A stretch of 64,000 nucleotides of DNA from Limisphaerales bacterium (GTDB lineage: Bacteria; Verrucomicrobiota; Verrucomicrobiia; Limisphaerales; SIBE01): contig JBGAIN010000006.1 in assembly GCA_044225505.1 (NCBI GenBank), forward strand, positions 62,001-126,000, read 5' to 3'. The translations under genes were made by a program, and so were the position numbers. The notes under the pieces were generated by a model. The model saw only the letters and a program-made list of their open reading frames with translations. It was not told where the DNA came from and did no database searches. Shown here piece after piece: positions 29,863-41,241 of the stretch; the first letter of the stretch is position 1; each line of letters starts with the position of its first letter.

Positions 29863-31153
29863 TCACTCGGTGCAGGTGGCCAGTCGTTTGGAGAGGAACT
29901 GCTGTTCGGACCGCGTCTCCGCCAACTCCAAAGCCTTGCGAAAGTGGGCGGCGGCTGCCGAGGTTCACCCCGTTGTGATTCAAATTCTCCGCGAACCGCA
30001 TGCAGGAGATAGTACGTATCAAGCTTGTCGAGATTCGGGATTCCAGCGACGGCTTCGAGGCCGGCGCTCGGCCCGTCCAGGTTGGCGACAACAATCGCGC
30101 GGTTCAGTGCCACTACGGGCGAATGATCCACTTGAATCAGTTGATTATAGAGGAGGAGGATTTGTTTCCAATCTGTTGCTTCGTACTCGCGCGCGGCGCA
30201 ATGGCACGCGGCAATGCCTGCCTGCAAATGATATTCGCTGATCTCTTGGCCCGCTGCAGACTGCGCCAGGTGAAACATGCCCCGGGCCATCATGGACTGA
30301 TCCCAGCGTTTCGGTCCTGATCTCTCAATCGGAGGAGATTGCCCTCTTCGTCAGACCGGGTTGGGATTCGGGCGCTATTTAACAACATCAAGGCCAGAAG
30401 CGCATGTGTCTTGGGATCATTGCCCGCGGCGTGCTGGACCAGCAGTGTGGTGAGGCGAATCGCTTCGTGACAAATGTCTTCACGCACAAGCTTATCGCCG
30501 CTGGAGGCTTTATACCCCTCGTTGAACAACAAATAGAGCGATTGGAGAACGGAGTCCAAGCGTCGGTTCAACTCTTCTCCCGAGGGAATCTCGAAGCGGA
30601 TTTGGGCGTCGCGAATCCGTTGTTTGGCCCGCGTCAATCGCTTCGCGGTGGCCGCTTCGGTGGTGAGAAATGCGCGAGCGATCTCTGTAACGCTAAATCC
30701 GCACAAAGTCTTCAGGGCGAGGGCGACCTGGGCGTCGGCCGGTATCTGCGGGTGACAACAAACGAACATTAGGCGGAGCCGATCATCTTGAATCTCCTGC
30801 TCCGAGAAGGCAGGGCTATCTGCGCTTGAATTTTGGCCTTCGATCCGATGGACAATCTCGGGTTCCTTATCGCGAAACACTTTCTGACGCCGGACCACAT
30901 CCAACGCCAGGTTGCGCGAAGCTCATAATCCAGGCGGCGGGATTCTGTGGCACCCCGTAAAATGGCCACGTTTGCGGGGCTCGTCCCAGGGCTTCCTGGA
31001 CGACGTCCTCTGCAAAGTGAGGTGCTCAATCCCGAAAATGCGCGTCAGCGTGGCGACCCATTTTCGCGCCCTCATGGCGGAACGGGTGTTCCACCACCTG
31101 GACGACTTCGGCCGGCGGTGGTTCTGACGGATTGTTCTCAAGGTCGCGTTCAA
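29863..31153 (-). pseudogene. Frameshifted ECF42-type sigma factor with TPR-like C-terminal extension
   Basis: Pieces in different frames: VATLTRIFG; DDRLRLMFVCCHP...ALALKTLCGFSVTEIARAFL...LYLLFNEGY; YHLQAGIAACH...SPVVALNRAI; FRKALELA...SEQQFL..RL ending TGA at 29863. Confidence 0.82.
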
Positions 31154-31155
31154 AC

Positions 31156-32370
31156 GGTGGTCACGGGCTCCGCTACCGGACGGACTTCAGCAGCCGCACC
31201 ATGGGGCAACCCGGGACACTGGCGAGCGATCGTCACGCTTCTTCCAGCGTGGCCACTTTCAGGTCGCGTTCAAACTCGGCGAATGGACCATCGGCGACGC
31301 GTCCTCCTTCCCCAGCACCATTTTGCCTTCCGGCTCCAGCGGACCGTCTTGGCAAGCTTTTCAAACCAGGCGCGCCGCGCAACGGGACAGCTCTTTGCTC
31401 CGCTACCGGACGGACTTCGACGACCGCACCATCGCTTGGAGCAATTTGCTCCGACGCGAGTGTAATCGTGGACGATCCTGGCGTCGAGGTGGCCGGTTTC
31501 TGGGGGCGCACGACGAGCTTGAAAGATGATCGTCACCGCTTCTTCCAGGAGATGGAACAAATCCAACAGATGGAATATGGTTCCCTGCAACAGGAAAGCC
31601 GCCTTTGGCATCCAGCCTTATTTCAAGTCTGGGAAGAAAAATAGCCCGCAATGAAGGGCGTAAGCAGTTTTCAATATATTGAGACCACCGTGGCTCGGCG
31701 AAGTGGACCATCGGCGCCCTCCACGACTCGTCCTCCTTCCGGCCCCAGCAACCCTGCAGGAGTTGGAGCTGAAAGTGCGCGATTTTTTGCCTTCCGGCTC
31801 TTAGCGATCAATTCGATAGTTCCTTCGAACCAGGTCCCCGCTCACTTTGCCCTGCTGAAGAAGATTACTTTTCAAATGCGGCCAGGCGCGCCACTGTGCC
31901 GCAACGGTTTGCATCTCTTCCAGTGAGCGCGAGCCTCTTTGAAGACCCAGCCGCAAACAGCTCATTCCCTCGCCGGACGAATACCAGCAAGGTGACCTGG
32001 GGATGTTGACCCGATCCGGTGTTCAAGCCTCTACATCGGAAGTTTTGAACCGGCGGCCGAGTTCGGTTTTCCTCTCAACGCCGGGGCATGGCGCAATCGT
32101 TCAGGAATTGCTCGAATCGACTTCTTGCGCAATCTAAGACTGTGTGGGTAAAGAGAATGGGGAAGGCAAAAAACGGGAAACGATGGGTGATTTGGACAGG
32201 GCCATCGAGGAAGCAACCAAAGAAGCACTCATCTGGAAAAAGCTGATTTCGAGGTTACTTCATCGGGGCTTGAGGCTGAGCATGAAAAAATGTTCTGGTC
32301 GAAGAGGCGGTGCTCCGACGCGAGTGTAATCGTGGACGATCCTGGCGTCGAGGTGGCCGGTTTCATGGCG
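31156..32370 (-). pseudogene. Scrambled remnants of tandem YCII/DGPF-family genes
   Basis: Fragments GGRVADGPFAE, TLEEA and GAVVEVRPVAE; repeated blocks at 31167-31188/31397-31418 and 31321-31336/31785-31800; no intact ORF. Confidence 0.65.
31447..32364. repeat. Exact 54-bp direct repeat (31447-31500 and 32311-32364)
   Basis: TGCTCCGACGCGAGTGTAATCGTGGACGATCCTGGCGTCGAGGTGGCCGGTTTC at both sites. Confidence 0.9.
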
Positions 32371-32486
32371 TGCCCGTGCAATCCCGTTGCGTTAGCCAGC
32401 GGAAAACTCTAACCTTTCCCAGCAAATAAGTCGTGCTCCGACACAGATGGACAGCGCGCTGTGTGGAGACGTTGACGAAAGATCGC

Positions 32487-33470
32487 ATGTTGCCTCAAGG
32501 ACTTACCTTAAAATCCGGGCGCGTTTTGCCAGCGGTTGGGCTGGGCACCTGGAAAATCGACCGGCCCATGGCGGCCCAGACCGTGCAGGACGCGATTCGT
32601 GTGGGCTATCGGCATTTGGATTGCGCGTGTGATTACGGCAACGAAGCGGAGGTCGGCGCGGGCCTGCGCCAAGCACTGGCCTTGGGCCTCTGCCGCCGCG
32701 AAGACCTTTGGATCACCTCCAAGCTTTGGAACACCTATCACCGACGTGAGCACGTCCGTCCTGCCCTCGAAAGGACGCTGCGCGACCTCGGTTTGGATTA
32801 CCTCGATCTTTACCTCGTCCATTTTCCGATCGCGATGAAGTTTGTGCCGTTCGACGACCGCTATCCTCCTGGCTGGTTCTTTAATCCCCAAGCGGCCGCA
32901 CCTCGAATGGAGCCCGACGCGGTTCCCATCCTTGAAACCTGGAGGGCCATGGAAGAGTTAGTGGAAGCCGGATTGGTGCGCGAGATTGGCGTATCGAACT
33001 TTGGCTGTTCCTTGTTGCGCGATTTATTCTCCCAGGCGCGGCGGCGCCCCTCGGTCCTGCAAATCGAACTTCACCCTTACCTTACGCAGGAGAAACTGCT
33101 GCGCTTCTGCCGGGAAGAAGAGTTGGCCGTAACCGCTTTCTCGCCGCTCGGAGCGCTCTCCTACTTTGCGATCGGCATGGCGCAACCTGGAGAATCGGTG
33201 CTGGAAAATGAGGCGGTCCGGCACTTAGCGGTTAAATACAGCCGAACCCCCGCTCAAATCGTGCTCCGTTGGGGCGTGCAGCGCGGAACCGCGATTGTGC
33301 CCAAGACGACGAAGCTGGAGCGATTGAAAGAAAACTTGGGCATCTTCGACTTCCAATTGACCGAAGCGGAAATGAAAACCTTGTCTGCGCTCAATCGAAA
33401 CCGGCGGTTCAACGACCCCGGCGACTTTTGCGAGGCCGCATTTCATCGCTTTTTTCCGATCTACGAATAA
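32487..33470 (+). CDS. Aldo/keto reductase (xylose/aldose reductase-like)
   Basis: VGLGTWK, YRHLDCACDYGNE, WITSKLW, LDLYLVHFP, IGVSNF, VPKT. Confidence 0.92.
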   Translation: MLPQGLTLKSGRVLPAVGLGTWKIDRPMAAQTVQDAIRVGYRHLDCACDYGNEAEVGAGLRQALALGLCRREDLWITSKLWNTYHRREHVRPALERTLRDLGLDYLDLYLVHFPIAMKFVPFDDRYPPGWFFNPQAAAPRMEPDAVPILETWRAMEELVEAGLVREIGVSNFGCSLLRDLFSQARRRPSVLQIELHPYLTQEKLLRFCREEELAVTAFSPLGALSYFAIGMAQPGESVLENEAVRHLAVKYSRTPAQIVLRWGVQRGTAIVPKTTKLERLKENLGIFDFQLTEAEMKTLSALNRNRRFNDPGDFCEAAFHRFFPIYE

Positions 33471-33721
33471 AGCCAGCCTGCAACACCGCATGGCTTGACC
33501 TCGTCAAGCAGCGCCTTGCGGAATCCGTTTCCCTGTGCTCGCTTGTCCGCTCTTTCTTTGTGGGTTACGGAGGAGCTATAGTGAGCGAACTCGGCCAGCC
33601 TTGACCTCCAATCCACCCAGGCGGAGCGGAATGTCCGCCCCCCCCTTGGAACCTGCGGTCCAACGACCCGGTCGCATCTGGAGAGCTCCCATTTCATCGC
33701 TCCATTTCCGTTTGGGACGCG

Positions 33722-34018
33722 TTACCCTCCAGCGATCGCGCCTACGATCAGGAACGGCTCGACCCCCGTGGCCACCGGGTCTGGAAGCGGCGCATTCGGC
33801 GGAGCGTGCGATAAGTCCTGCTCGCAAGCGAAAAACCGCACGAACGGCCGCCGCTCGTGCGTCATCTGATCGCGGACCGTGCCGCGCAGCATCGGAAAAC
33901 GGGCTTCGAGTGCATCTAGAATCGCGCGTTGCGTGACTGGCTCTGCGACGGGCAATTGGACCTCGCCTGTCACTCGCGCCAAGGTTCGAAGATGCAATGG
34001 GAGGACAACGCGAATCAT
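33722..34018 (-). CDS. MoaD/ThiS-family ubiquitin-like protein
   Basis: [18 protein letters not shown]-terminal GAIAGG; overlaps the stop of the upstream BNR gene. Confidence 0.88.
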   Translation of the reverse strand: MIRVVLPLHLRTLARVTGEVQLPVAEPVTQRAILDALEARFPMLRGTVRDQMTHERRPFVRFFACEQDLSHAPPNAPLPDPVATGVEPFLIVGAIAGG

Positions 34019-35130
34019 GGCAGCGTCTGGGCTTCCACGGAAAGCACTGCAGGCAAATCTCGCACAACGGCATTCCAAGTGTCCCCATTATCCGCGGACG
34101 CGTAGACTTGGCCGCCAGTAGTTCCAAAATAAATGCCGCAAGGCTCCAGGGAATCGACACTCATGGCGCCGCGCAGAACGTTCACATAGCAATGTTCTTG
34201 GGGCAGGCCTCGAGTGAGAGGTTCCCATTCATTGCCGCCCGTCCGGCTCCGATAGACTCGTAGCTTGCCTTCCGGCGGGTAGTGTTCGGAATCACTTTTG
34301 ATCGGCACTACATAGACCGTCTCTGGATCGTGGGCATGCACGGCAATCGGAAATCCGAAATCCGTGGGGAGATTTCCGCTAACTTCGCGCCATAACTCTC
34401 CCGCATCGTCGCTGCGCATGATGTCCCAATGCTTCTGCATGAACAACACGCCCGGACGGGACCGATGCATGGTGATGCGGTGAACACAGTGGCCCACTTC
34501 GGCGTCCGGGTCAGGAATGTATTCGGACTTGAGCCCGCGGTTGATCGGACGCCAGGTGATCCCTCCGTCATCGCTTCGAAAAGCTCCGGCAGCGGAAATC
34601 GCGATATAAAGCCGCCCGGGATGGCTTGGATCCTGAACGATGGTGTGCAGACACATCCCGCCGGCTCCGGGCTGCCATTTCGGGCCGGAACCATGACCGC
34701 GCAATCCGGGGAGTTCCTGCCAGTTTTGACCGCCATCGGCGGTGCGGAAAATCGAGGCGTCTTCGGCGCCTGCATAGACCAGGTTTGGATCTGTCAACGA
34801 GGGTTCCAGGTGCCAGACTCGCTTAAACTCCCATGGATGCGGGGTGCCGTCGTACCACTGATGCGTTCCGGGCACTCCGTCGTAGGCAAATTTGTTGCCA
34901 ACAGCTTCCCAGCTCTTGCCGCCGTCGTTAGAACGTTGAATCATCTGTCCAAACCAGCTGCTCGTCTGTGACGCGTAAACCCGGTTTGGGTCGGCTGGTG
35001 ACCCTTTCATATGATAAATCTCCCAGCCGGCGAAATGCGGGCCGCTCACGTCCCAATGCTGGCGTTTGCCATCGGAGGTAAGAATGAAAGCTCCCTTCCG
35101 AGTGCCAACTAATAATCGTGTTCCGCTCAT
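34015..35130 (-). CDS. BNR/Asp-box beta-propeller protein (sialidase-like fold, no signal peptide)
   Basis: [10 protein letters not shown] start; multiple RSxDGGxxW repeats; [16 protein letters not shown]. Confidence 0.88.
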   Translation of the reverse strand: MSGTRLLVGTRKGAFILTSDGKRQHWDVSGPHFAGWEIYHMKGSPADPNRVYASQTSSWFGQMIQRSNDGGKSWEAVGNKFAYDGVPGTHQWYDGTPHPWEFKRVWHLEPSLTDPNLVYAGAEDASIFRTADGGQNWQELPGLRGHGSGPKWQPGAGGMCLHTIVQDPSHPGRLYIAISAAGAFRSDDGGITWRPINRGLKSEYIPDPDAEVGHCVHRITMHRSRPGVLFMQKHWDIMRSDDAGELWREVSGNLPTDFGFPIAVHAHDPETVYVVPIKSDSEHYPPEGKLRVYRSRTGGNEWEPLTRGLPQEHCYVNVLRGAMSVDSLEPCGIYFGTTGGQVYASADNGDTWNAVVRDLPAVLSVEAQTLP

Positions 35131-35195
35131 AAGAGTCGTCGTTTTGGCGTTTAGGAATCTGGTTAAAGTGCGGCTTACCGTAGTCTTCCTATTAC

Positions 35196-35222
35196 GACGA
35201 ACGAGGCAAGCCGAATTGGACA
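35196..35222 (-). promoter_or_regulatory. Candidate ECF42-type promoter of the BNR-MoaD operon
   Basis: Minus strand TGTCCA-N17-CGTC about 65 nt upstream of the BNR ATG; resembles the TGTCGA/CG(A/T)C pattern recalled for ECF42. Confidence 0.45.
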
Positions 35223-35366
35223 GTCGACCCGTGGATTTTGGGGCCGGGCCGGCCCCAAACGTAACCTGTTGCTGGCCAAATGACAAAGGCACGCCGGCCG
35301 CGGACCTGAGAATGCCGGGGATTGAGGTTCAGCGCTGCTGCAACCCCGAGAACGGGGCTGGGAAGG

Positions 35367-37883
35367 TTAATGCCTGCGGAACAGAAGCTTGTGATCTACA
35401 CGTCGGGTTTGATGAAACTCCAAGGGCGGCAAATCGATTAATGTCGGGGATTCCGTCTCGTTCAAAACGATTTTAGCCATGGCACGAAGCTCTCGCCATC
35501 GCGTCCATTCCAAATCAGGAGAATGCTGGATACGGCGTAATAAGCTGCGCCACTCAATAATAATGCGGTCTATGTCACCTGCGCCCAACAGTTCATTCAC
35601 CCAAACTTGCTTGCTGAGGGGGCTCTTGTGAACGCTCGCCACGATCTGTTCCGCGCCTGAGCCGTATTTGGGAGGGAGGCCGTTTTCGAGATATCCGGGA
35701 ATGCTTTGGAGACCGTAAACCGCGTGACACGCCAGCGCCAGGCGTCCTGCCCAACGATTCTCCTCGCCGCAAAACCGGAAGCCGGCATCCAGATTTGCCA
35801 GATCGTAGATAAGGTCTTCGATCGGGTAGGTGGTATCTTCCAATGCGGCCGCTACGGCCAGGCCGTCGCCATGCGCAAAAAAACTGACCACTCGGCCCCG
35901 GCGCGTCGGCGCACCGCTCGGCTCAACGAGGCCCAGCCGTCGCCAGAGGAGTGCTGTGCCAGTGTTGGTGGGCAAATGTCGACAGGTGTTGACAAGGGAG
36001 CATTGCGCGCAGTCGAGCGGAAGAACCTCACGTTCTATCGGCCGCCAGATCGCGATGCCATAGCGATCCACGGGCACGCGGAGCGTCTGTTCCGCGAGGC
36101 TGACGGTTGCCAGAATTTTTTGGGGTAAGACGGTGAACTCCACCAACGGAAGTCGCAGGGCTGTGAGCTTTTCCGTGACGAGGGGTGCAATTTTGTGCGT
36201 CCAGACGGCCAGGGGAGCTTGCCGACCGTTCCAGTTGGTAAGACGACGAACCCACTTGGTGAGGTGAACTCGGTCGTCGCCCCAGCGATCTGCTACCGTA
36301 AACGAGCGACCGTACATCAGCGGTTCACCATTTCGCGTGACTGGACACAAATCGCCCGTGCCAACCTTCTCCAGCGCGGCCGGCTCGGAAAGAGCCGGGC
36401 GAAACTTTGGAGCGTCCGCGTGGTTCAGAGAGGCGCAGGGCTCGTCAACCGGGTTCGCGCTCAGCACCGGAGTGACAATCTCGTGCAAAGGCTTGGAAAT
36501 GGTCGCCGGATAGGATTCCCATTCCCCTCGGCTGTTGAGCAGTTCTCGCACTCGCTTACGGACGTGTCGGGCGCGTTCGGCGTCCGTATGAAGTCCGCAA
36601 GGAACAGTCGGATGTTTCATCGACTCTTCGACACCTAGGAAGATCGGCCTGGTCGTGAACAATCGTTCTTGCACCCGGACTGCTTCCACAAACGGATTGC
36701 GCTCCTGGGCCGCGGCAGCATCCATCAATGTCAGCAAAGCGCTCCAATCGACGAGCCCGCCTCGCGCAAGTTGCCCAGTGTGAGCGTCCAAGAGTCGGAT
36801 CTCGTTTGCTGTCACAAGAACAAAGCCCGTTTCATCCAAACCGCGCCGGCCCGCCCGGCCGAACATCTGCAGAATTTCATCGGCTCGAAGCGGCTGTTCC
36901 AAATGATCGCGGCGATACGACGTCCCTGCGAGGGCTACACTGCGCAACGAGAAGTTTATCCCGGCGGCCAGCCCCATGGTAGCGACCACCACCCGTAGTT
37001 GCCCTGCTTTAGCGAGGGGTTCGATAACACCCGCGCGCGCTCCATAGCTCAGGCCGCTGTGGTGATAAGCAATACGGCTCTTCAAGAGTTTTCCCAGATG
37101 TTCACCGACAATGAGTTTTTGTTCGGGACTCAAACTGAGAGGGTTTGGGATCGGTAAAAAGCGCGCCAACTCGGCGGCCATAGCTTCTGCCGCTTGGCGG
37201 CGAGGGGCGAAGATCAGCACCGGTCCGAGGTCCTCCGCCAATGCTTTGGCAACGAGTCTCGGCCAGTAACCGCGAATTTCTGAAGGCACGTGATAGCTGA
37301 GTTGGTTGACGTAGACCTCTTCCAAAGGGACGGGACGAATCTCGTGTCGGATGAGCACGGCATCTCGTCCCAGGCGTCGCAGCCATCTCACCACATCTTG
37401 AGGGTTAGCAACGCTCCCACTCAGCAACAAGAGCTGCGTTTCTGCGGGAGCCAACGCGAGCGCCAACTCGTAGTTGAGGCCACGGTCCGGATCCCCGATC
37501 ATCTGATATTCGTCGACTACCAGGAGCGTGGGGCCGTGACCGCGGATAAGCCGCACTTTCTGAGTTTCCAACGTGGCCACCAGCACCGGTGCGTCCAAAT
37601 TGTCAGAAAGATCCCCGGTCGCAATTCCGACGTTCCACCCTCGCGCTCGCCATTCCCCCAGTTTGTCATTGGCCAAAGCCCGTGTCGGAACCGTATAAAT
37701 GGCCTGGCCACGGTTCTTTCCTTGATTAGACCAAAGCTCAAAGATCAACGTCTTGCCAGCGCCGGTGGGGGCTTGCACCACGACGTCTTGTCCACGTCGC
37801 AACGCGGCGACAGCTTCCTGTTGCCATAGGTCGGGGACAGCCACGCGATTTAACACGGGCAGGTTCTCCAACTGCTTGGCCAT
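35367..37883 (-). CDS. Ski2/HelY-like superfamily 2 helicase
   Basis: APTGAGKT, PTRALAN, VVDEYQMIGD..RG, HHSGL, VVATMGLAAGIN, QMFGRAGRRG. Confidence 0.88.
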   Translation of the reverse strand: MAKQLENLPVLNRVAVPDLWQQEAVAALRRGQDVVVQAPTGAGKTLIFELWSNQGKNRGQAIYTVPTRALANDKLGEWRARGWNVGIATGDLSDNLDAPVLVATLETQKVRLIRGHGPTLLVVDEYQMIGDPDRGLNYELALALAPAETQLLLLSGSVANPQDVVRWLRRLGRDAVLIRHEIRPVPLEEVYVNQLSYHVPSEIRGYWPRLVAKALAEDLGPVLIFAPRRQAAEAMAAELARFLPIPNPLSLSPEQKLIVGEHLGKLLKSRIAYHHSGLSYGARAGVIEPLAKAGQLRVVVATMGLAAGINFSLRSVALAGTSYRRDHLEQPLRADEILQMFGRAGRRGLDETGFVLVTANEIRLLDAHTGQLARGGLVDWSALLTLMDAAAAQERNPFVEAVRVQERLFTTRPIFLGVEESMKHPTVPCGLHTDAERARHVRKRVRELLNSRGEWESYPATISKPLHEIVTPVLSANPVDEPCASLNHADAPKFRPALSEPAALEKVGTGDLCPVTRNGEPLMYGRSFTVADRWGDDRVHLTKWVRRLTNWNGRQAPLAVWTHKIAPLVTEKLTALRLPLVEFTVLPQKILATVSLAEQTLRVPVDRYGIAIWRPIEREVLPLDCAQCSLVNTCRHLPTNTGTALLWRRLGLVEPSGAPTRRGRVVSFFAHGDGLAVAAALEDTTYPIEDLIYDLANLDAGFRFCGEENRWAGRLALACHAVYGLQSIPGYLENGLPPKYGSGAEQIVASVHKSPLSKQVWVNELLGAGDIDRIIIEWRSLLRRIQHSPDLEWTRWRELRAMAKIVLNETESPTLIDLPPLEFHQTRRVDHKLLFRRH

Positions 37884-38128
37884 CGTTTGCACGCCCAGAA
37901 GATAATCGAAGCTTGAGAATGCGAAATGGAGAATTTCGGAAGATCAAAGATTTCGGGAGGCGAAGGGGATCTCCAGCCTGGGCAGACGATAGTTCTGGTG
38001 GTGAGCTGGTTCGAGAAACGTCCCTTGTCCAACGGCGGCGGCGTGGTGCACCTTGTTTTGGTTCCCTCCAGATTCCTCGTGCTATTCGAAGCGTGATTCC
38101 AGAGGAAAGAGTGCTACCATAAAGCTCA

Positions 38129-41107
38129 ATGCACCACCGATCGCATCAGATCAATCGATTTGTTGGTAGATTGGTTTTGCTCATCGTGGTGACGTTCTCC
38201 TTCACTCGACACGACGACCCCAACGTCCCAGCGCCGCGCCAACCAAGGACAGAAGCTCCGCCTGTCAAGGTTCGTCAGCCGCTTCCGACAAGACCTATAG
38301 AGCACCGCGCTCTTAGACCGAGTGATCGTTCTGATCTGGCGGGAACGTCAGAAGCGATCGCTGAGCCCGCGTTCGACAAGTTCAACGCCTGGCGAAGCAA
38401 GTATCAGAGCAGTGCGGGAGCAGACCGTTCCCAGCTCGAGGCAGACGGGCTCAAATTAGCGGAACAGCGGCGTGGCAAGATGCTCGATCTGATTCAAACG
38501 GATCCACAACGCGCCTTGGAACTGGAAGTCACACCAGAAAGAGACGGTCCGATGCCCGATGCCATCGTCGCATTGTTGGAAAAGCGAGTCAGCGGCCGCG
38601 GGACCTTGGGCGTGTTGGCTGGAATACCAGCGGACGAGGCGGATTTGACCACGCCGATCCTCTATCGGACGGCCGAGATCGCAGGAGTCCAGTACCGAGC
38701 GTTTGTTTATGGTCGTCGTCTGACGCAACCGACGCAAGGGGATGTGAATATCCACGGCATCGCTCTGGATGGCTTCCTCGCAGTGCAGGATGACCCAACA
38801 CCCGCGTTGGGAGCGCGCGTGGCCGCATGGGGGGTCGAAATCGACGCTCCGGCGCTCGAGGAATCGCCGCTGGTTGCTTCCAGTTGGACGGAAGGGACCA
38901 AGACCGTAGTTTTGATCCGAGTCGACTTCTCGGATCTCGAAGGCGAGCCATTCCCTAATAGCACGGGGACAAATCTAATGGCGAATCTCCATAGTTTTTA
39001 CCAGGAGATGTCTTACCGGAAAGCTGGCTTTGCCCTCATGGGAGAAGGGTCCGCGATGACGCCGACGTTTCGAATGCCGCAAACCGCAGCATATTACGGG
39101 GCCTTAGACGCCAGCCGGCTGCGCACCGACGCTCGCGCGGCGGCTCGAGCGGCTGGCTACGATCTATCGCAATACGACTTGGATGTAGTCTGTTTCGGCG
39201 CCGTGCCGGGGTTCCGATTTGCAGGCTTGGCCTACGTTGGAGCACCAGGCGCGTGGCTGCGCAACAGCTTTGGGACTGGGGTCGCAGCTCACGAATTGGG
39301 CCATAACTTCGGGCTGAATCACGCGAACTTCTGGGATACGTCTGGACAGAGCGTAATTGGTTCCGGGACTTCCGTGGAGTATGGCGATACGTTCGATACC
39401 ATGGGTTCTGCGAATGCTGGCAGCAAACACTTCAATGCCCGTTACAAGAACCTTCTGAACTGGCTGCCTAATAGCAACGTGATTGCTGTTGCTGAAAGTG
39501 GGACTTACGTCATTGCGGCGCATGACGATCCTTCGGCGTCCGGCATTCGTGCTTTGAGGATCGCCAAGAACAGCCGGACGAATTACTGGGTGGAATTCCG
39601 CCAACACTACCTCAGCAATAAATGGCTCATGGAAGGTGTGAGCTTGAGGTGGGCCGGGAACGGGAGCGAAAGTACACGCCTTCTCGATACAACGCCGGGC
39701 AGTCCGTCCGCGAAGGATGATGCCGCCATTTTGCCGGGACAAACCTTCTCGGATGCAAGAGCAGGAATCCATGTCACGCCGTTGCGCAAGATCGGCACCA
39801 ACCTGGAATCGATCGAAGTTCGCGTGGAGCTGGGGAGTTTTCCGACGAATGGGCAACCGACGTTGGAGTTAGCCGGCGAAACGAATGCAGCCGTCAATTC
39901 CGTTGTCACCTTTTCCGCGGCGGCGTTTGATCCTGACGGAGATGCACTAGCCTACGCCTGGGACTTTGGTGATCGCACGTTCGGCGCCAATCAAAGCCAG
40001 GTCCAGCACTCTTGGGCTGCCGCTGGCGAGTTTGTCGTCCGATGCGTGGTCAGCGACGGCAAAGGTGGCCGGGCGAGCGCATGGCGAGTGGTTCGAATCG
40101 GGTCGCCCAACACATTTAGTCTGAGTGGACAGATCCTTCAGTTCAGCAAGCCCGTCGAGGGCGTGCGCGTCTACGTTTCATCGACGCAGATGACCTACAC
40201 AGGGAGTGATGGTCGCTACGTGCTGCCCGGGCTTTCAGCTGGTTCCTACAACGTGAGATCGTCGCTGGACGGATACACCTTTGCCCACACTGGGTTTTTT
40301 AATCCAGTTTCACTGGGGCCTTCTCGCGCCGGGATTGACTTTGTCGCGGTGACGCGAGATGGGCAATCGACGACGTCGCTCGTGGCGGCGGGCGCTATTT
40401 GGCAGTACCTGGATGACGGTTCTGTGCCCGGAGCCGCGTGGCGCACCCTGGAATTTGACGATTTCTCCTGGAATGAAGGGCCCGCCCCATTGGGTTACGG
40501 CGATGACACAGAGAAGACGTCAGTGCGGTTCGGACCGGATGCCAATGCCAAATATGTCACCACCTATTTCCGCCATCGCTTTGTTGTCGACCGTCCTCAG
40601 GTCTATTCGCTGCTCACTTTGGGGCTTCGTCGGGACGATGGGGGCGTGGTGTATCTAAACGGGCGGGAGGTTTTCCGCAGCAACATGCCGGTCGGCGCCA
40701 TTTCTGCGACCACGCTCGCTTCGTCCACGGTGGGAGGGGCTGACGAACGGGCTTTTGTCCAGACCGATCTGGATCCTATTGTGCTCCGTTCGGGCACGAA
40801 TCTGATGGCCGTCGAGGTTCATCAAGCTGCCCGTTCCAGCTCTGACATCGTGTTTGATGCAGAACTGGTGGCAATTGAGGCTCCTGGGGCGAATGCGCCA
40901 GTGCTCGCATGGGCGTTCACCGAGACCGAGCTCCAGGTTCATTGGCCGGACGGGCCAACGCCTTGGAAGCTGCAGCGTTCCGCGAGCCTTGGGGCATTGG
41001 CCGATTGGGTGACGGTCGATCTGCCAGTGCAAACCGTCGGTGATCGGAAAGCCGTATCGGTTCAGTTTCTGGATGCCCAGAGCTTTTACCGTTTAGCTCC
41101 CCCTTGA
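38129..41107 (+). CDS. Secreted multidomain zinc metalloprotease (M11/M6-like) with PKD, carboxypeptidase-regulatory-like and sugar-binding-like domains
   Basis: HELGHNFGLNH metzincin motif and DTMG Met-turn; YAWDFGD PKD motif; DDGGVVYLNG.EV domain; ends SFYRLAPP. Confidence 0.82.
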   Translation: MHHRSHQINRFVGRLVLLIVVTFSFTRHDDPNVPAPRQPRTEAPPVKVRQPLPTRPIEHRALRPSDRSDLAGTSEAIAEPAFDKFNAWRSKYQSSAGADRSQLEADGLKLAEQRRGKMLDLIQTDPQRALELEVTPERDGPMPDAIVALLEKRVSGRGTLGVLAGIPADEADLTTPILYRTAEIAGVQYRAFVYGRRLTQPTQGDVNIHGIALDGFLAVQDDPTPALGARVAAWGVEIDAPALEESPLVASSWTEGTKTVVLIRVDFSDLEGEPFPNSTGTNLMANLHSFYQEMSYRKAGFALMGEGSAMTPTFRMPQTAAYYGALDASRLRTDARAAARAAGYDLSQYDLDVVCFGAVPGFRFAGLAYVGAPGAWLRNSFGTGVAAHELGHNFGLNHANFWDTSGQSVIGSGTSVEYGDTFDTMGSANAGSKHFNARYKNLLNWLPNSNVIAVAESGTYVIAAHDDPSASGIRALRIAKNSRTNYWVEFRQHYLSNKWLMEGVSLRWAGNGSESTRLLDTTPGSPSAKDDAAILPGQTFSDARAGIHVTPLRKIGTNLESIEVRVELGSFPTNGQPTLELAGETNAAVNSVVTFSAAAFDPDGDALAYAWDFGDRTFGANQSQVQHSWAAAGEFVVRCVVSDGKGGRASAWRVVRIGSPNTFSLSGQILQFSKPVEGVRVYVSSTQMTYTGSDGRYVLPGLSAGSYNVRSSLDGYTFAHTGFFNPVSLGPSRAGIDFVAVTRDGQSTTSLVAAGAIWQYLDDGSVPGAAWRTLEFDDFSWNEGPAPLGYGDDTEKTSVRFGPDANAKYVTTYFRHRFVVDRPQVYSLLTLGLRRDDGGVVYLNGREVFRSNMPVGAISATTLASSTVGGADERAFVQTDLDPIVLRSGTNLMAVEVHQAARSSSDIVFDAELVAIEAPGANAPVLAWAFTETELQVHWPDGPTPWKLQRSASLGALADWVTVDLPVQTVGDRKAVSVQFLDAQSFYRLAPP

Positions 41108-41241
41108 GCGGTGATCATCTTCGCTCGGCCGCTCACTGCCGTCATTAGATGCCGGCGCCCTTTACAAACTTGGGAAGACAGTTAGCATCCAACAGCGTTC
41201 AATGACCCTGCTGCAGACGCGCAGCGTTCGACATCAAAGCG

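Noticed and set aside
35367..37883. Helicase as part of an anti-phage defence island
   Set aside because: Stand-alone gene with no nuclease, methylase or other defence-type neighbours.
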